Source: Squalus acanthias
Lineage: Eukaryota
DNA length: 64,000 nucleotides
Reading direction: 5' to 3'
Assembly: GCA_030390025.1 (NCBI GenBank)
Contig: JASTWF010000033.1
Span: 5,086,001 to 5,150,000, forward strand
Shown here piece by piece: positions 11,841-24,629 of this stretch. The first letter of the stretch is position 1, and each line of letters starts with the position of its first letter. The position numbers were made by a program, and so were the translations under genes. The notes beneath the pieces were generated by a model. It did no database searches. It saw only the letters and a program-made list of their open reading frames with translations, and had not been told where the DNA came from.

Positions 11841-13855
11841 ATAAGAACATAAGAAATAGGAGCAGGAGAAGGCCATTCGGCCCATCGAGCCTGCTCCGCC
11901 ATTCAATGAGATCATGGCTGATCTTCTGCCTCAACTCCATTCACCGGCCATATCGCCATATCCCTTGATTCCCCTACTTGTCAGAAATCTATCGACTTCT
12001 GTTTTGAATAAAAAACATTGACTGAACGTCCACAGTCCTCTGGGGTAGAGAATTCTAAAGATTCACCACCCTCTGTGTGAAGAAATTTCTTCTCAACCCA
12101 TTTCTGAATGACCTACCCTTTATCCTAAGGCTGTGGCCCCTGGTTCTAGACTCCCCAGCCAAGGGAAACATTCTCCTAGCATCCACCCTATCAAGCCCTG
12201 TAATAATTTTGTATGCTTCAATGAAATCCCATCTCATTCTTCTGAATTCAAGAAAATACAGGCCTAGTTTCCTCGATCTCTTCTCATACGACAGTTCCGC
12301 CATCCCAGGAATCAATTTCGTGAACCTTCGTTGCACTCCCTCTATTGCAAGTATATCCTTCCTTATGTAAGGAGACCACAATTGTACACAGTACTCCAGG
12401 TGTGGTCTCACCAAGACCCTATATAATTGGAGGAAGACTTCTTTACTCCTGTACTCAAATCCTCTTGTAATGAAGGCCAGCATACCATTTGCCTTCCTAA
12501 TGGCTTTCTGCACCTGGACATTGACTTTCAGTGACACATGTACAAGGACACCGAGGTCCCTTTGAGCATCTGCATTCCCCAATCTTTCACCATTTAGGAA
12601 ATAGTCTGCCTTTCTGTGTTTTCTATCAAAGTGGATTACTTCACATTTATCCACATTTTATTCCATCTGCCATGTTCTCGCCCACTCACTGAGCCTGTAG
12701 AGATGCACTTGTAGCCTCTTCACATCAACTGACACTGCCACCTAGCTTTGTGTCGTCAGTATATTTGGAAATGTTACATTTAATTCCCTCATCCAAATCA
12801 TTGATATAGATTGTGAATAGCTGGGGCCCAATCACCGATCCTTGGGGTACCCCATTAGTCACAGCCTGCCAATCTGAAAAAGACTAGTTTATCTCTCCTA
12901 TTTGTTTTCTGTCTATTAACCAATTCTCAATCCATGCTAGTATATTACCCCTAATTCCCTGTGCCCTAATTTTGTTCAACAACCTCTTGTGTGGGACCTT
13001 ATCGAAGGCCTGCTGAAAATCGAAATACAGCACATCTACAGGTTCCCCTTTGTCTACTCCACTAGTTACATCCTCAAAGAACTCCAATATGTTTGTCAAA
13101 CAGGACTTCCCTTTCACAAATCAATGTTGACTCTGCCCAATCTTAATATTAGTTTCTAAGTGCCCAGTTATTGCATCCTTTATAATACATTCCAGCATTT
13201 TCCCAACTACTGATGTGATGCTAACAGGTCTGTAGTTCACCGGTTTCTCTCTCCTTCCTTTTTTAAATAGCGTGGTTACATTTTCTATCCTCCAATATGC
13301 AGGAACCGTTCCAGAATCTATAGAATTTTGGAAGATGACAATCAATGCGTCCAATATCCCAATGGCCACCTCTTTCAAAACCCTGGGATGCAGGTCATCC
13401 AGTCCTTGAGATTTATCGACTTTTAGTCCCATTAATTTTGCTAGTACTGTTTTTTTACTAATAATAATTTATTCAAGTTCCTCATTCTCGCCACACCCTC
13501 GGTTTTCTCGTATTTCTGGGAGGTTTTTTGTGTCTTACTCCGTGAAGCCAGAAACAAAGTATTTATATAATTTTTAACCCATTTCCTCATTCCCCATTAT
13601 AAATGCTCCCGTCTCTGACTGTAAAGGACCTACATTTGCCTTCGCCAGTCTTTTCCTGTTCACATACCTATAGACGCTTTTACAATCCGTGTTTATATTT
13701 TTTGCTAGTTGGTGCTCATATTCCATTTTCCCTTTCTTTATCAATTTCTTGGTCCCCCTTTTCTGATTTCTAAAGAGATCCCAATCCTCAGGCTGACTGT
13801 TTTTTTCTGGCAATTTTATAAGCTTCCACTTTTGACTCAATACTAGCTTTAATTT
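11841..13855 (-). mobile_element. 5'-truncated CR1 LINE, ORF2 pseudogene
   Basis: ORFs 13121-13432, 12884-13117 and 12055-12654 are consecutive RT/C-terminal pieces (KSCLTNILEFFEDVT, DFQQAFDKVPH, RPHLEYCVQ); tail ataagaacataagaa at 11841. Confidence 0.95.
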
Positions 13856-15250
13856 ATTAAAAAAGACAATTCTGAAAACACTCAGCGGGTCAGGCAGCAT
13901 CTGTGCAGAGAGAAACAGAGTTAACATTTCAGGTCGATGACTTTTCATCACAACTGGAAGATATCAGAGATTAACAGTATTAAAGCAATGATAGAATCAG
14001 AGAAAAGTGCGGTTGCATAAGGATAGAAAAAAGAGGAATGACAAATGGGATGATGTTGCAAGGCGAATGGGACAATTAAAGATACAGAAGATGGGTCTAG
14101 AGGAGGTGTAAATGGTTACAGCAGAATAACAAGCGGAGGGGCAGTAGGGCACATGTGGCAGAGAACGTTGGGTAGACCCCAGGTGTTTGGGCAAGCCCGC
14201 TGACCGTGTACCGGGATCGCCACCCCAAGCCCCAGCCCAAACCTCCTCCACTCCCAGTGGCTCTGTTGGAGCCATCCTCCATTACCAGCACATGTCGTCC
14301 GAGAAAACGGGCGCGGAGTTTATGATCTGAAGATTTTAAAATTAGTGTTGAGTCCGAAAGTCAATAAAATGCCGGTATGAAATATACGGTACTGTTCCTC
14401 AAGAGTTTAAAAGGGGAACAGTGCAGGAGGCCGAAAACAGAGAGTTCAAAGTGGGAGTGGGATGTAGAATAAAAGTGGCAAGTGACCTGAAGCTCAGGAT
14501 CACACTTGCGGACTGAACGGAGGCGTTCAGCAAAGCAATTACTCAATCTGCATTTAGTCCACCCAATGTACAGGAGACTGGATCGTGGGCAGCGAATATG
14601 ATTTACTAAATAGGAAGAAGTACAAGTCAATTAGTCTTTCACGTGGATGGAATGTTTGGGGCCTTGGCTGGTGGGATGGAAAGAGGGGCAAGGGCTGCTG
14701 TTGCATCTCCTGCGCTTGCATAGGAAGGTGCCGGGGAAGGGGAGCAGATGTTAGTGGTGAAGGAAGAGTGGATCAGGGTGTTGCGAGAGCCGGGGGATGG
14801 GAGGTCAGGGGTTGATAGGTTTGTTGGTGGCCTTAGCTGGACATGCCGGAAATGGCAGAGGATGATCCGTTGAATGTGAAGGCTGGTGCAGTTGAAGCTG
14901 AGGACTAGGGGAACACTATCTGGGTTCTAGCAGGGAGGGCAATGGGTGATGGGAGCAATGCAGAATTGACACGGTCGAGGGCCGTGTCAATCACAATGGA
15001 GGTGAATACTCGGCTGAGGAAATATGAAGAGATTTCGGAAGCACTGGTGCGGAAGGTGGCGTCGTCAGAACATATGCAACGGTGGTGGAGAAACTTTGAG
15101 AATAGAATAGAGCCCTTCCAGGAAGCCGGGTGGGAGGAAGTCTATTAAAGATTCCTGTGGGAGTTGTTGGAATTATAATAGATATTGGTGGATGGCCTAG
15201 ACCCTGAAATGAAGATCGAGAAGTCGAGGAAGGGAAGGGAAGACCACTGT
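13856..15250 (-). mobile_element. Penelope-like retroelement remnant (GIY-YIG endonuclease region + terminal segment); terminal segment appears to continue at ~11805-11840
   Basis: ORF 14361-14630 TCTSSYLVNHIRCPRSSLLYIGWTKCRLSNCFAERLRSV is a decayed GIY-YIG; terminal motif ctcagcgggtcaggcagcatctgtg..gttaacatttcaggtcgatgac. Confidence 0.8.
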
Positions 15251-15436
15251 GGTTCACCATTTAAATGTTATTCCTGTATTTAAAATGGAAGATAGAACAA
15301 TTCCATGGATCTACAGACCAGTTAGCATAACGTCGATGGGAGGAAAGATAATGGAATCCTTACTCAAAGATTTAACAGAAAAACATCTAGAAACACAAAA
15401 TATAATAACGAGTAGTCAGCAGGTAACCCAAAATGG

Positions 15437-16175
15437 AATCATAGAATGGTTACAGCACAGAAGGAGGCCATTCGGCCTGTCGAGCCCGTGCTCATTCTCT
15501 GCACATGCACTGCCGCTAATCCCAATCCCCGCCCTTTCACCGTAGCCCTGCAATTATTTTCCTTCAGGTAATTATCCCATTTCCTTTTGAAAGCCACGAT
15601 TGAATCTGCCTGCACCACCCTTTCAAGCAGTGCATTCCAGATCATAACCCAACGCTGTCTTAAAAAGTTTTTCCTCATGTCGCCTTTGGATCTTCAGCAC
15701 ATCACCTAAAACTTGTGCCCTCTGGTTCTCGACCGTTCTACCAATGGGAACAGCTTCTCTCTATCTGCTCTGTCTACTCTGTCTAGAACCCTCATGATTT
15801 TGATCACCTCTCTCAAATCTCCTCTCAATTTTTTCTGCTCTAAGGAGAACAACCCCAACTTCATTGGTATATATACGTAACCAAAGACCCTCTTCCCTGG
15901 AACCATTCTTGTGAATCTTTTCTGCACCCTCTCTAAAGCCTTCATTCCCTTCCTGAAGTGTGGTGCCCAGAATTGGACACAAATCTCCAGTTGTGACCGG
16001 ACCAATGTTTTATAAATGTTTATCATAAATTCCTTGCTTTTGTACTCTATGCCTCTGTTTATAAAGCTCAGATTCCCGTAAGCATTTTTAACCGCTTTCT
16101 AAACATGCCCTGCCACCTTCAACGATTATTGTACATATACCCCCAGGTCACTCTGTTCCTGCACCCCCTTTAGAA
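15437..16175 (-). mobile_element. CR1 3' fragment inserted into the older LINE
   Basis: ORF 15706-16026 LVRSQLEICVQFWAPHFRKGMKALERVQKRFTRMVPG; tail gaatcatagaat; GAAT present at both junctions. Confidence 0.9.
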
Positions 16176-16971
16176 TGTCTTGCTTGAGTAAACTTAGTGA
16201 ATTATTTGAGTAAGTACCAGAAAGACTAGATAAGGGTAATGCAGTCGATGTAATATACTTTGATTTTTTAAAACCATTGGATAAGGTACCACATAGCAGA
16301 CTGAATCACAGAGCAAGTGAAGTTAAGAGACAAGCAGCAGGATGGATTGCAAACTGGCTGCAAGAACAGAAAATAGGGAACAGTGGAAAAGCTATTAACT
16401 CAGATAGGTGGATGGTGAGAAGTAAGGTTCCACATGGATCCGCGTTGGAACTGCTGTTGTTCACCATTTTCATAAACGATATTGATTCGGGAAGCAGAAG
16501 CACAAATTCAAAATTTGCAGATGAATTACACTTGGGAATAGAGTTAATAAAGAGGAAGAATACAAAACAACACCTGAAGACATTAATTAACTTGCAGAAA
16601 GGGCGTCTAAATGGAAAATTAATTTCAATAAAGCTAAGTGAGAGGTACTGCATTTTGGTAGGAAGAATAAGGTTCCCAAATACTCCTTGGAAAATCTGAG
16701 TGGGAATGGAGTAGAGGGGTACCGATTAACAAATCATTTAAAGTGGCAATGCATGTTAACAAGGCCATAAACATGCAAACAAAGCACTGGGGTTCATTTC
16801 GAGAAGAATAGAATGGTAAAGCAAAGTGGTTAGCTTAAACTTATATTGAACCTTGGTTATACCACACTGAGCGCACTGTGTGCAGTTCTGATCTCCATAT
16901 TACATAAAGGATATTAAGGCTCAGGAGAAAGTGCAATTTTTTGACAAGGAAGACACCAGAACTGAGACATT

Positions 16972-17736
16972 GGCCCAGAAATTGGAGTTCGATGGTTGCC
17001 GCGGGGGTAATGATCCCCCACAATATCGCACTCCGCGCCTATCTTTATGGTTTTGACCCACACAATCTTCAGTTCCTGGGTCTCTCCCTGGTGCCAGCGC
17101 GCAGTGTGTGCGTGTCCCAGAGGCGCAGTTAATTCGATGCGACCTCTGGGATCACGTGGGCCAGTTAGAGCCAATGGCAGCACTCCATCTTTCATTCATA
17201 GCTTTGTCAGCAAGAGCTGTCAATACTATGAATACAACAAGCCCCCAAAAGAACAGCTAAACCTCAATTAAATTTAAAAAATAGCCATCACATTAATAAA
17301 ATAACTATAGTTAAATAAATTAACCACTTTAAACAAAAATTTAAATTTTTGAAAGCATTTAAATTCCTTTTAAAAGTTATAAAAATAAACTTACCTTTCT
17401 TTCAAGTCTCTGAAAAAGATAAACCTGTTGAAATATTTTTTAAATAATACTTAATTAACTACTTACCTTGTTAAAAGGGGGTCTTACGCCTGCTTTCTTT
17501 ATGTGTAAAATCTTAAACACTTACCTGCGCATTCAAACCTCAAAAAAAAACTAAGTGCACTGCGTGCGCACAACCTGTAGCACGCACGCGGTTCACTTAG
17601 GAACCGCACCCTTCGCAATATCCGAAGTGCCGGTTTCCCGTGCATGCGCAGTGCATGCAGGAAACCGGCACTTCGGGACCTAATACGCGAGAGTACACAG
17701 TGCGTAATCTCCCATATTAGGTCTAATTTTCGGGCC
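16972..17736. mobile_element. 765-bp MITE, PIF/Harbinger-type
   Basis: TIRs GGCCCAGAAATT / AATTTTCGGGCC; 3-bp TSD ATT (16969-16971 and 17737-17739); removing it restores the host LINE sequence gagacattata; non-coding AT-rich centre. Confidence 0.85.
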
Positions 17737-18041
17737 ATTATAAACATCAGGAAAGATTGAAAAGTCTGGGGCTCCTTCCTTTACAAAAGAGAAGGCCGAG
17801 GGGTGGCCGAATAGAGGTCTTTAAATTTTGAAGGGCTAACTAAGGGTAGATGTTTATACTCGTGACGTGAGTGCAAAATTGGAGATTATCGATAAAAGAG
17901 AGTCACTAATAAATCCAATACAGAATTGAGGAGAAATGTCTTTACTCAGAGATTGGTTAGAATGTGGAACTCCCTACAACTTGGAGTACTTGAGGCGAAT
18001 AGCAGAGATGCACTTCAGGGGAAGCGAGAGTCATAGAGTCA

Positions 18042-21000
18042 TCTTCTTCTTTCTTCTCTTCCTAGGCAGTCCCTCGGAACCGAGGATGACTTGCTTCCAC
18101 ATTAAAAATGAGTTCGCAGGTGACTGATGAGTCCAATGCGGGACCTACAGTCTCTGTCAGAGGTGGGGCAGACGGTGGCTGGAGGGGCGGGTAGGTGGGG
18201 TGCTTGGGTTGACGTGCGCTCCTTCCGCTGATTGCGCTTGGCTTCCGCTTGCTCCTGGCGAAGAGACTCGACGTATTCGAGTCCTTCCCGGATGCTTCTC
18301 CTAAACTTTGTGCGGTGTTGGGCCAGGGATTCCCAGGTGTCGGTGGGGATTTTGCACTTTTTAAAGGAGGCTTTCAGGATGTCCTTGAAGCGTTTCCTCT
18401 GCCCACCTGGGGCTCTCTTGCCGTGTCGGAGCTCCGAGTAGAGCGCTTGTTTTGGGAGTCTCGTATCGGGCATACGGACAATTTGACCCGTCCATCGGAG
18501 CTGATCGAGCGTGGCCAAAGCTTCGATGCTCGGAATTTTGGCCTGAGCGAGAACACTGACGTTGGTGCGCCTACCCTGCCAATGGATTTGCAGAATCTTG
18601 TGTAGGCAGCGTTGGTGGTACCTCTCCAGTGCTTTGAGGTGCCTACTGTACATGGTCCATGTATCTGAGGCTTACAGGAGGGCGGGTATCACTACTGCTC
18701 TGTAGACCATGAGCTTAGTGCCGGGTTTGAGATCCTGGTTTTCAAACACTCTCTTCCTCAGGCGACCGAAGGCTGCACTGGCACACTGAAGGCGATGTTG
18801 GACTTCGTCATCGACGTCTGCCCTTGTTGACAGTAGGCTCCCGAGGTAGGGAAAGTGGTCCACGTTGTCCAAGGCCTTGTCGTGGATTTTTATAATCGGC
18901 GCAGTACTGTGTGGCGGGCTCAGGTTGGTAGAGGACCTTTGTCTTACGGATGTTTAGTGTAAGGCCCATGCTCTCGTATGCTTCCATGAAGCTGTTAACG
19001 AAGGTTTGGAGTTTGACCTCCGAGTGAGTGCAGACGCAAGCGTCGTCAGCATACTGTAATTCGACGACAGAGGATGGGACGACCTTGGATCTGGACTGGA
19101 GGCGACAGAAGTTGAACAGTTTCCAGTTTGTTCTGTAAATTATCTCCTCTCCAGCGGGGAGCTTTCTGAGGGTGAGATGGAGCATTGCCGCAATGATGTT
19201 CGAGAAGGGCGTTAGTGCGATGATACAGCCTTGCTCGACCCCGGTCTGTACATGAATTGGGTCTGTGGTGGAAACGTTGGTCAGGATCACGGCTTGCATG
19301 TCATCGTGAAGCAGGCGGAGGATGGTGACAAACTTTTGAGGGCAGCCGAATTTGAGGAGGATGCTCTATAATCCATCACGGTTAACAATGGCACAGGCCT
19401 TGTGAGGTCAAAGAATGCCATGTACAGCGGTTGGTGCTGTTCCTTGCATTTCTCTTGTAGTTGACGTGCGGTAAAGATCATGTCCATTGTGCCGCTTAGT
19501 GGGCGGAATCCGCATTGCGACTTTGGGAGGAGCTCTTCAGCAACTGGAAGAAGGCGATTGAAAAGGATTCTTGCGATGATATTCAATGTGGCAGACAGCA
19601 GGGAAACTCCTCTGTAATTACCGCAATCGGACTTTTCACCTTTCTTGTAGATGGTCACAATTACGGCGTCTCTGATATCCCCTGGCATGCACTCCTCCTT
19701 CCAGATAAGAGAAATTAGTTAATCAAATTCGCGCCAGTAGTGTTTCTCTGCAATGCTTTAGCGCCTCGGCAGAGATTCCATCTGCTCCTGAGGCTTGCTT
19801 GTTCTTCAAATGTCGGATGGTCATTTCAACCTCATGCCGGGCTGGGGTTTTGCTGAGGGGGTGGTGGGTAGCATGCTGCGGGATGGAGTTGAGGACTCTC
19901 GCGTCGGAGACAGAGTCTCGGTTAAGGAGATCATTCAAGTGCTCCTTCCAGCGGCCATGACTGTCCTTGATGAGTACCTCTCCGTTCTTGGCCCGCAGTG
20001 GGGCAGGACCTTGGATGCTTTGGCCATAGATGGTCTTGATTGCGCTAAAGAATCCACGCACGTCGTGGTTGTCCACTAGCTGCTGGATCTCCTGCGCTTT
20101 CCCCACCCACCATCTGTTCTTTAGGTCGCGAGTTTTCTGTTGGACCTCAGAATTCAGGCGTCTGTAGAGCTGCATTGTTGCTCTCGAGTTGTGTTGCTGT
20201 TTCCAAATCAGGAATGTCTTGCGCCTACGGCTTATTACCTCCTGGATCTCCTGGTCGTTCTCGTCGAACCAGTCTTGGTGTTTCCTGGTCGAGTGACCGA
20301 GCGTCTCTTCACAGGTGCTGATTATGGAGGCCTTGAGTGCAGACCAGGCGCTGTGGACACTCTGTGTCTCTGAATCACTGGGAGTCGTCAGGTTGTTTGT
20401 GAGGCGCAGGCTGAATAGGGCTTTCTTAGCGGGGTCTTTGAGTGCTCCAGCGTTGATTTTCCTGCGGCATTGTTTCTGTTGCCGCCGCTGTTTTGGGGCT
20501 ACATTGATGGAGATGACAGAGTGGATTAGGCGGTGTTCTGTCCAGCAGACGTCAGCTCCTGTCATGGCACGGGTGCTGCCTATATCCTTGCGATCCCTCG
20601 CTCGGACGATGACGTAGTCCAGCAGGTGCCAGTACTTGGAGCGAGGGTGCTGCCATGAAACCTTGTGTTTGTCTCTCTGACGGAACAAGGTGTTGGTTAT
20701 GACAAGGCCATGTTCTAAGCATTTCGTCAGGAGGAGGGTACTGTTGGATTTGAATATCCCTACCCCCTCTCTGCCGATCACACCTCCCCAGAGGTCTGTG
20801 TCCTTTCCAACTCTGGCGTTGAAGTCGCCAAGGAGGATCAGCTTGTCACCCTTTGGGACTCGGGACAGAGATTGTTCGAGGCTGGAGTAGAATTCCTCTT
20901 TGATCTCGTCTGTGACTTCCAGTGTTGGGGCATACACACTGATGACGGTTACGCACTGGTTCCGGGCTAGGGTGAGCCGTAGAGTCATGAAGCGCTCGTT

Positions 21001-21400
21001 TATACCGCAAGGGGAGTCTCTGAGACGCCCAACTAGTTCATTTTTTATGGCGAAGCCTACCCCATGGAGGCGGCGTTCTTCTTCAGGTTTGCCTTTCCAG
21101 AATAAGGTGTAGCCACCGCCTTGCTCCTTGAGCTGGCATTCCCCTGCCGACCGGGTCTCGCTTGGGGAGGCGATATCAATGTCGAAACGTCTGAGCTCAC
21201 GGGCAACGATAGCAGTACGGCGTTCCGGTTTGACACTGTTGGGGGTGTCCATGAGGATCCTGACGTTCCAGGTCCCGAAGTTCATTTTAAAGAGTAGAAG
21301 ATGCCTGTGCGTGAATTATTTTAACGTGGGGTGGCCGTTGCACACCAGCTGCCACATGGGCTTGACAGAGCAAGGTCTTGGCCAATGGCAAGGGGATCCA
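18042..21400 (-). mobile_element. RTE-clade LINE, near-complete ORF with several frameshifts
   Basis: APE MNFGTWNVRIL..LLGDFNARVG (19723-21285); RT NYRGVSLL, SQCGFRP, LQYADD; C-terminal degenerate zinc finger CPTSDRDCRSRIGLISHLRTH; (AGA)n-like tail at 18042-18060. Confidence 0.95.
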
Positions 21401-21638
21401 AGACATAAGGACATAAGAACATAAGAAATAGGAGCAGGAGTAGGCCAATTGGCCCCTCGAGCCTGCTCCGCCATTCAATAAGATCATGGCTGATCTGATC
21501 CTAACCGCCAATCTACTATCACAGAACCATCTCCTGAATCTAACAGAATTGGACACACGAAATAGGAGCAGGATCAGGCTACACGGCCCCTGGGCCCGCT
21601 CCGCTACCCACAGGGCCATGACCGATCCGAACCTAGAC

Positions 21639-24627
21639 TCATGTCCAAATTCCTGCCCACTCCCCGTAACCCTTAATTCCCTTTACTTCTAGGAAACTGT
21701 CTATTTCTGTTTTAAATTTATGTAATGATGTAGCTTCTACAGCTTTTTGTGGCATCATATTCCATGGACCTACCACCCTCTGAGGGAAGTAGTTCCTCCT
21801 CATCTCAGTTTTGAAAGAGCAGCCCCTTATTCTAAGAGTATGCCCCCTAGTTCTAGTTTCACCCATCATCAGGAACATCCTCCCCGCATCCACCCGATCC
21901 AACCCCTTCACAATCTTATATGTTTCAATAAGATCGCCTCTCATTCTTCTGAACTCCAATGAGTAGAGTCCCAATCTACCCAACCTCTCCTCATATGTCC
22001 ATCCCCTCATCCCCGGGATTAACCGAGTGAACCTTCTTTGTACTGACTCGAGAGCAAGTATGTCTTTTCTTAAGTGTGGATACCAAAACTACATGCAGTA
22101 TTCCAGGTGCGGTCTCACCAATACCTTGTACAACTGAAGCAATACCTCCCTATTTTTATATTCTATCCCCCTGGCAATGAAAGCCAACATTCCATTGGCC
22201 TTCTTAATCACTTTCTGCACCTGCATACTAACCTTTTGAGTTTCGTGCACCAGGACCCCCAGATCCCTTTGTACTTCAGTACTTTCCAGTTTCTTCCCAT
22301 TTAGATAATAACTTGCTCTACTATGTTTCCTGCCAAAGTGCATAACCTTACACTTTCCAGTATTGTATTCCATCTGCCAAATCTCTGCCCACTTACTTAG
22401 CCTGTCTAAGTCCCCTTGCAGGTTTTTTATGACCTCCTCACTCACTACTTTCCCTCCCATCTTAGTATCATCTTCAAACTTCGATATGTTACACTCGGTC
22501 ACCGCCTCCAAATCGTTAATATAGATTGTAAAGAGTTGGGGACCCAGCACTGACCCCTGCGGAACACCACTAGTTACTGATTGCCAGTCTGAGAATGAAC
22601 CACTTAGCCCAACTCTCTGCCTTCTGTTAGATAGCCAATCCTCTATCCATGCCAGAATATTACCCCCAATCCCGTGATTTTTTATCTTAAGCGTATATCT
22701 TTTGTGTGGCACCTTGTCAAATGCCTTTTGTAAGTCTAAATACACCACATCCAATGGTTCCCATTTATCCACCCTGTGTGTTACTTCCTCAAAGAACTCC
22801 AGCAAATTTGTCAAACATGACTTCCCCTTCATAAAACCATGCTGACTTTGTCCTATTAAATTATGATTATCCAAATGTCCCGTTATTGTCTCCTTAATAA
22901 TGGACTCCAAAATTTTACCTACCACAGATTTTAGGCTAACCGGTCTATAGTTTCCAGCCTTCTGTCTACTGCCCTTTTTAAATAAGGGTGTTACATTAGC
23001 AGTTTTCATGTCTGCCGGGATCTTTGCTGAGTCCAGGGAATTTTGGAAAATTATTACCAATGCATCCACAATCCCTACCGCCACTTCCCTCAAGACCCTA
23101 GGATGTAATCCATCAGGTCCAGGTGATTTATCCGCATTGAGTCCCATTATTTTACCGAGTACCACTTCCTTAGTGATTTTGATCGTGTTTAGCTCCTCCA
23201 CCCCCCTATAGCCCCCTGTTTGTCCAGTGTTGGGATATTCTTAGTGTCCTCTACTGTAAAGACTGATACAAAATATTTATTCAGTGTTTTTGCCATCTCC
23301 ATATTTCCCACAATTAATTTCCTGGTCTCATCCTCTAAGGGACCAACATTTACTTTAGCCACCCTTTTTCTTTTTATAGAACTATAAAAACTCTTAGTAT
23401 CTGTTTTTATATTTTTTGCTAATTTACTTTCATAATCTATCTTCGCTTTCTTAATAAATCTTTTTGTTATTTTTTGCAGTCTTTTAAAGATTTCCCAATC
23501 CTCTATCCTCCCACTAGATTTGGCTACCTTATAACCACTTGTTTTTTGTCGAATACTATCCTTAATTTCTTTACTTAGCCACGGATGACTGTCTTTTCTT
23601 TTACACCCTTTTCTTCTCAGTGGAATATATATTTTTGGGAAGTTGTAAAATAACTCCTTAAATGTACACCACTGATCATGTATCGACTTACCCTTTAATC
23701 TATTTTCCCAATCCACTCTACTCAATTCCGCTCGCATACCTTCATAGTCTCCTTTATTCAAGCTTAGCACGCTTGTTTGAGATCCAAACTTCTCACCCTC
23801 TAATTGAATATGGAATTCAACCATGTTATGGTCACTCATTTCAAGGGGATCCTTTACTAGGACATTTTTAATTAATCCTGTCTCGTTATACAGGACCAGA
23901 TCTAAGGTTGCTTGCCCCCTCGTCGGTTCAGTTACATACTGCTGAAGAAACCCATCCCTAATACACTCAGTGAACTCATCCTCAAGGCAGCCCTGCCCAA
24001 TTTGATTTGTCCAATTAATATGATAGTTAAAAGCCCCCATAATTATAGATGTTCCCTTATTACAAGCCTCAACTATTTCCTGATTGATACTCCGTCCAAC
24101 AGAGTTGCAACTATTCGGAGGCCTATAGACTACGCCCACTAATGTTTTTTCCCCTTATTATTCCTTATCTCCACCCAAACTGTTTCATTATCCTGATCTT
24201 TTGACCCAATATAATTTCTCTGTGTTACAGTGATTGCTTCCTTTATTAAAATCGCCACACTACCTCCCCTTCCTTCCTGCCTGTCCTTCCTGATCGTTAA
24301 ATAACCTGGTATGTTTAATTCCCAGGCATTGTCACCCTGCAGCCATGTTTCTGTAATGGCCACAAGATCATACCCATATGTAGTTATTTGTGCCATTAAC
24401 TCGTCTATTTTGTTACGAATGCTACGTGGATTCAGATAGAGAACTTTCCAATATGTTTTGTGACACTTAGTTCCTGTTTTTGCCCTTTTTATTACTTTAC
24501 CTTTTACTCCATACATTCTGCCCCTTCCTGACACATTCTGGTTTTTAATTTCCCCACTGCTACCTAAGTCTATGACCTTCTCTGTTGTCATTTTTATTAT
24601 TTGCTCTCTAGGAACCTCCCCCCCCAC
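21639..24627 (-). pseudogene. CR1 ORF2 (APE endonuclease + reverse transcriptase)
   Basis: LYLNPRSIRNK, VAITETWL, VVYRPP, SDHNMV, KSPGPDG, LDLQKAFDKVPH, GVPQGSVLGP and KFEDDTK spread over four ORF fragments. Confidence 0.92.
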
Positions 24628-24629
24628 TA

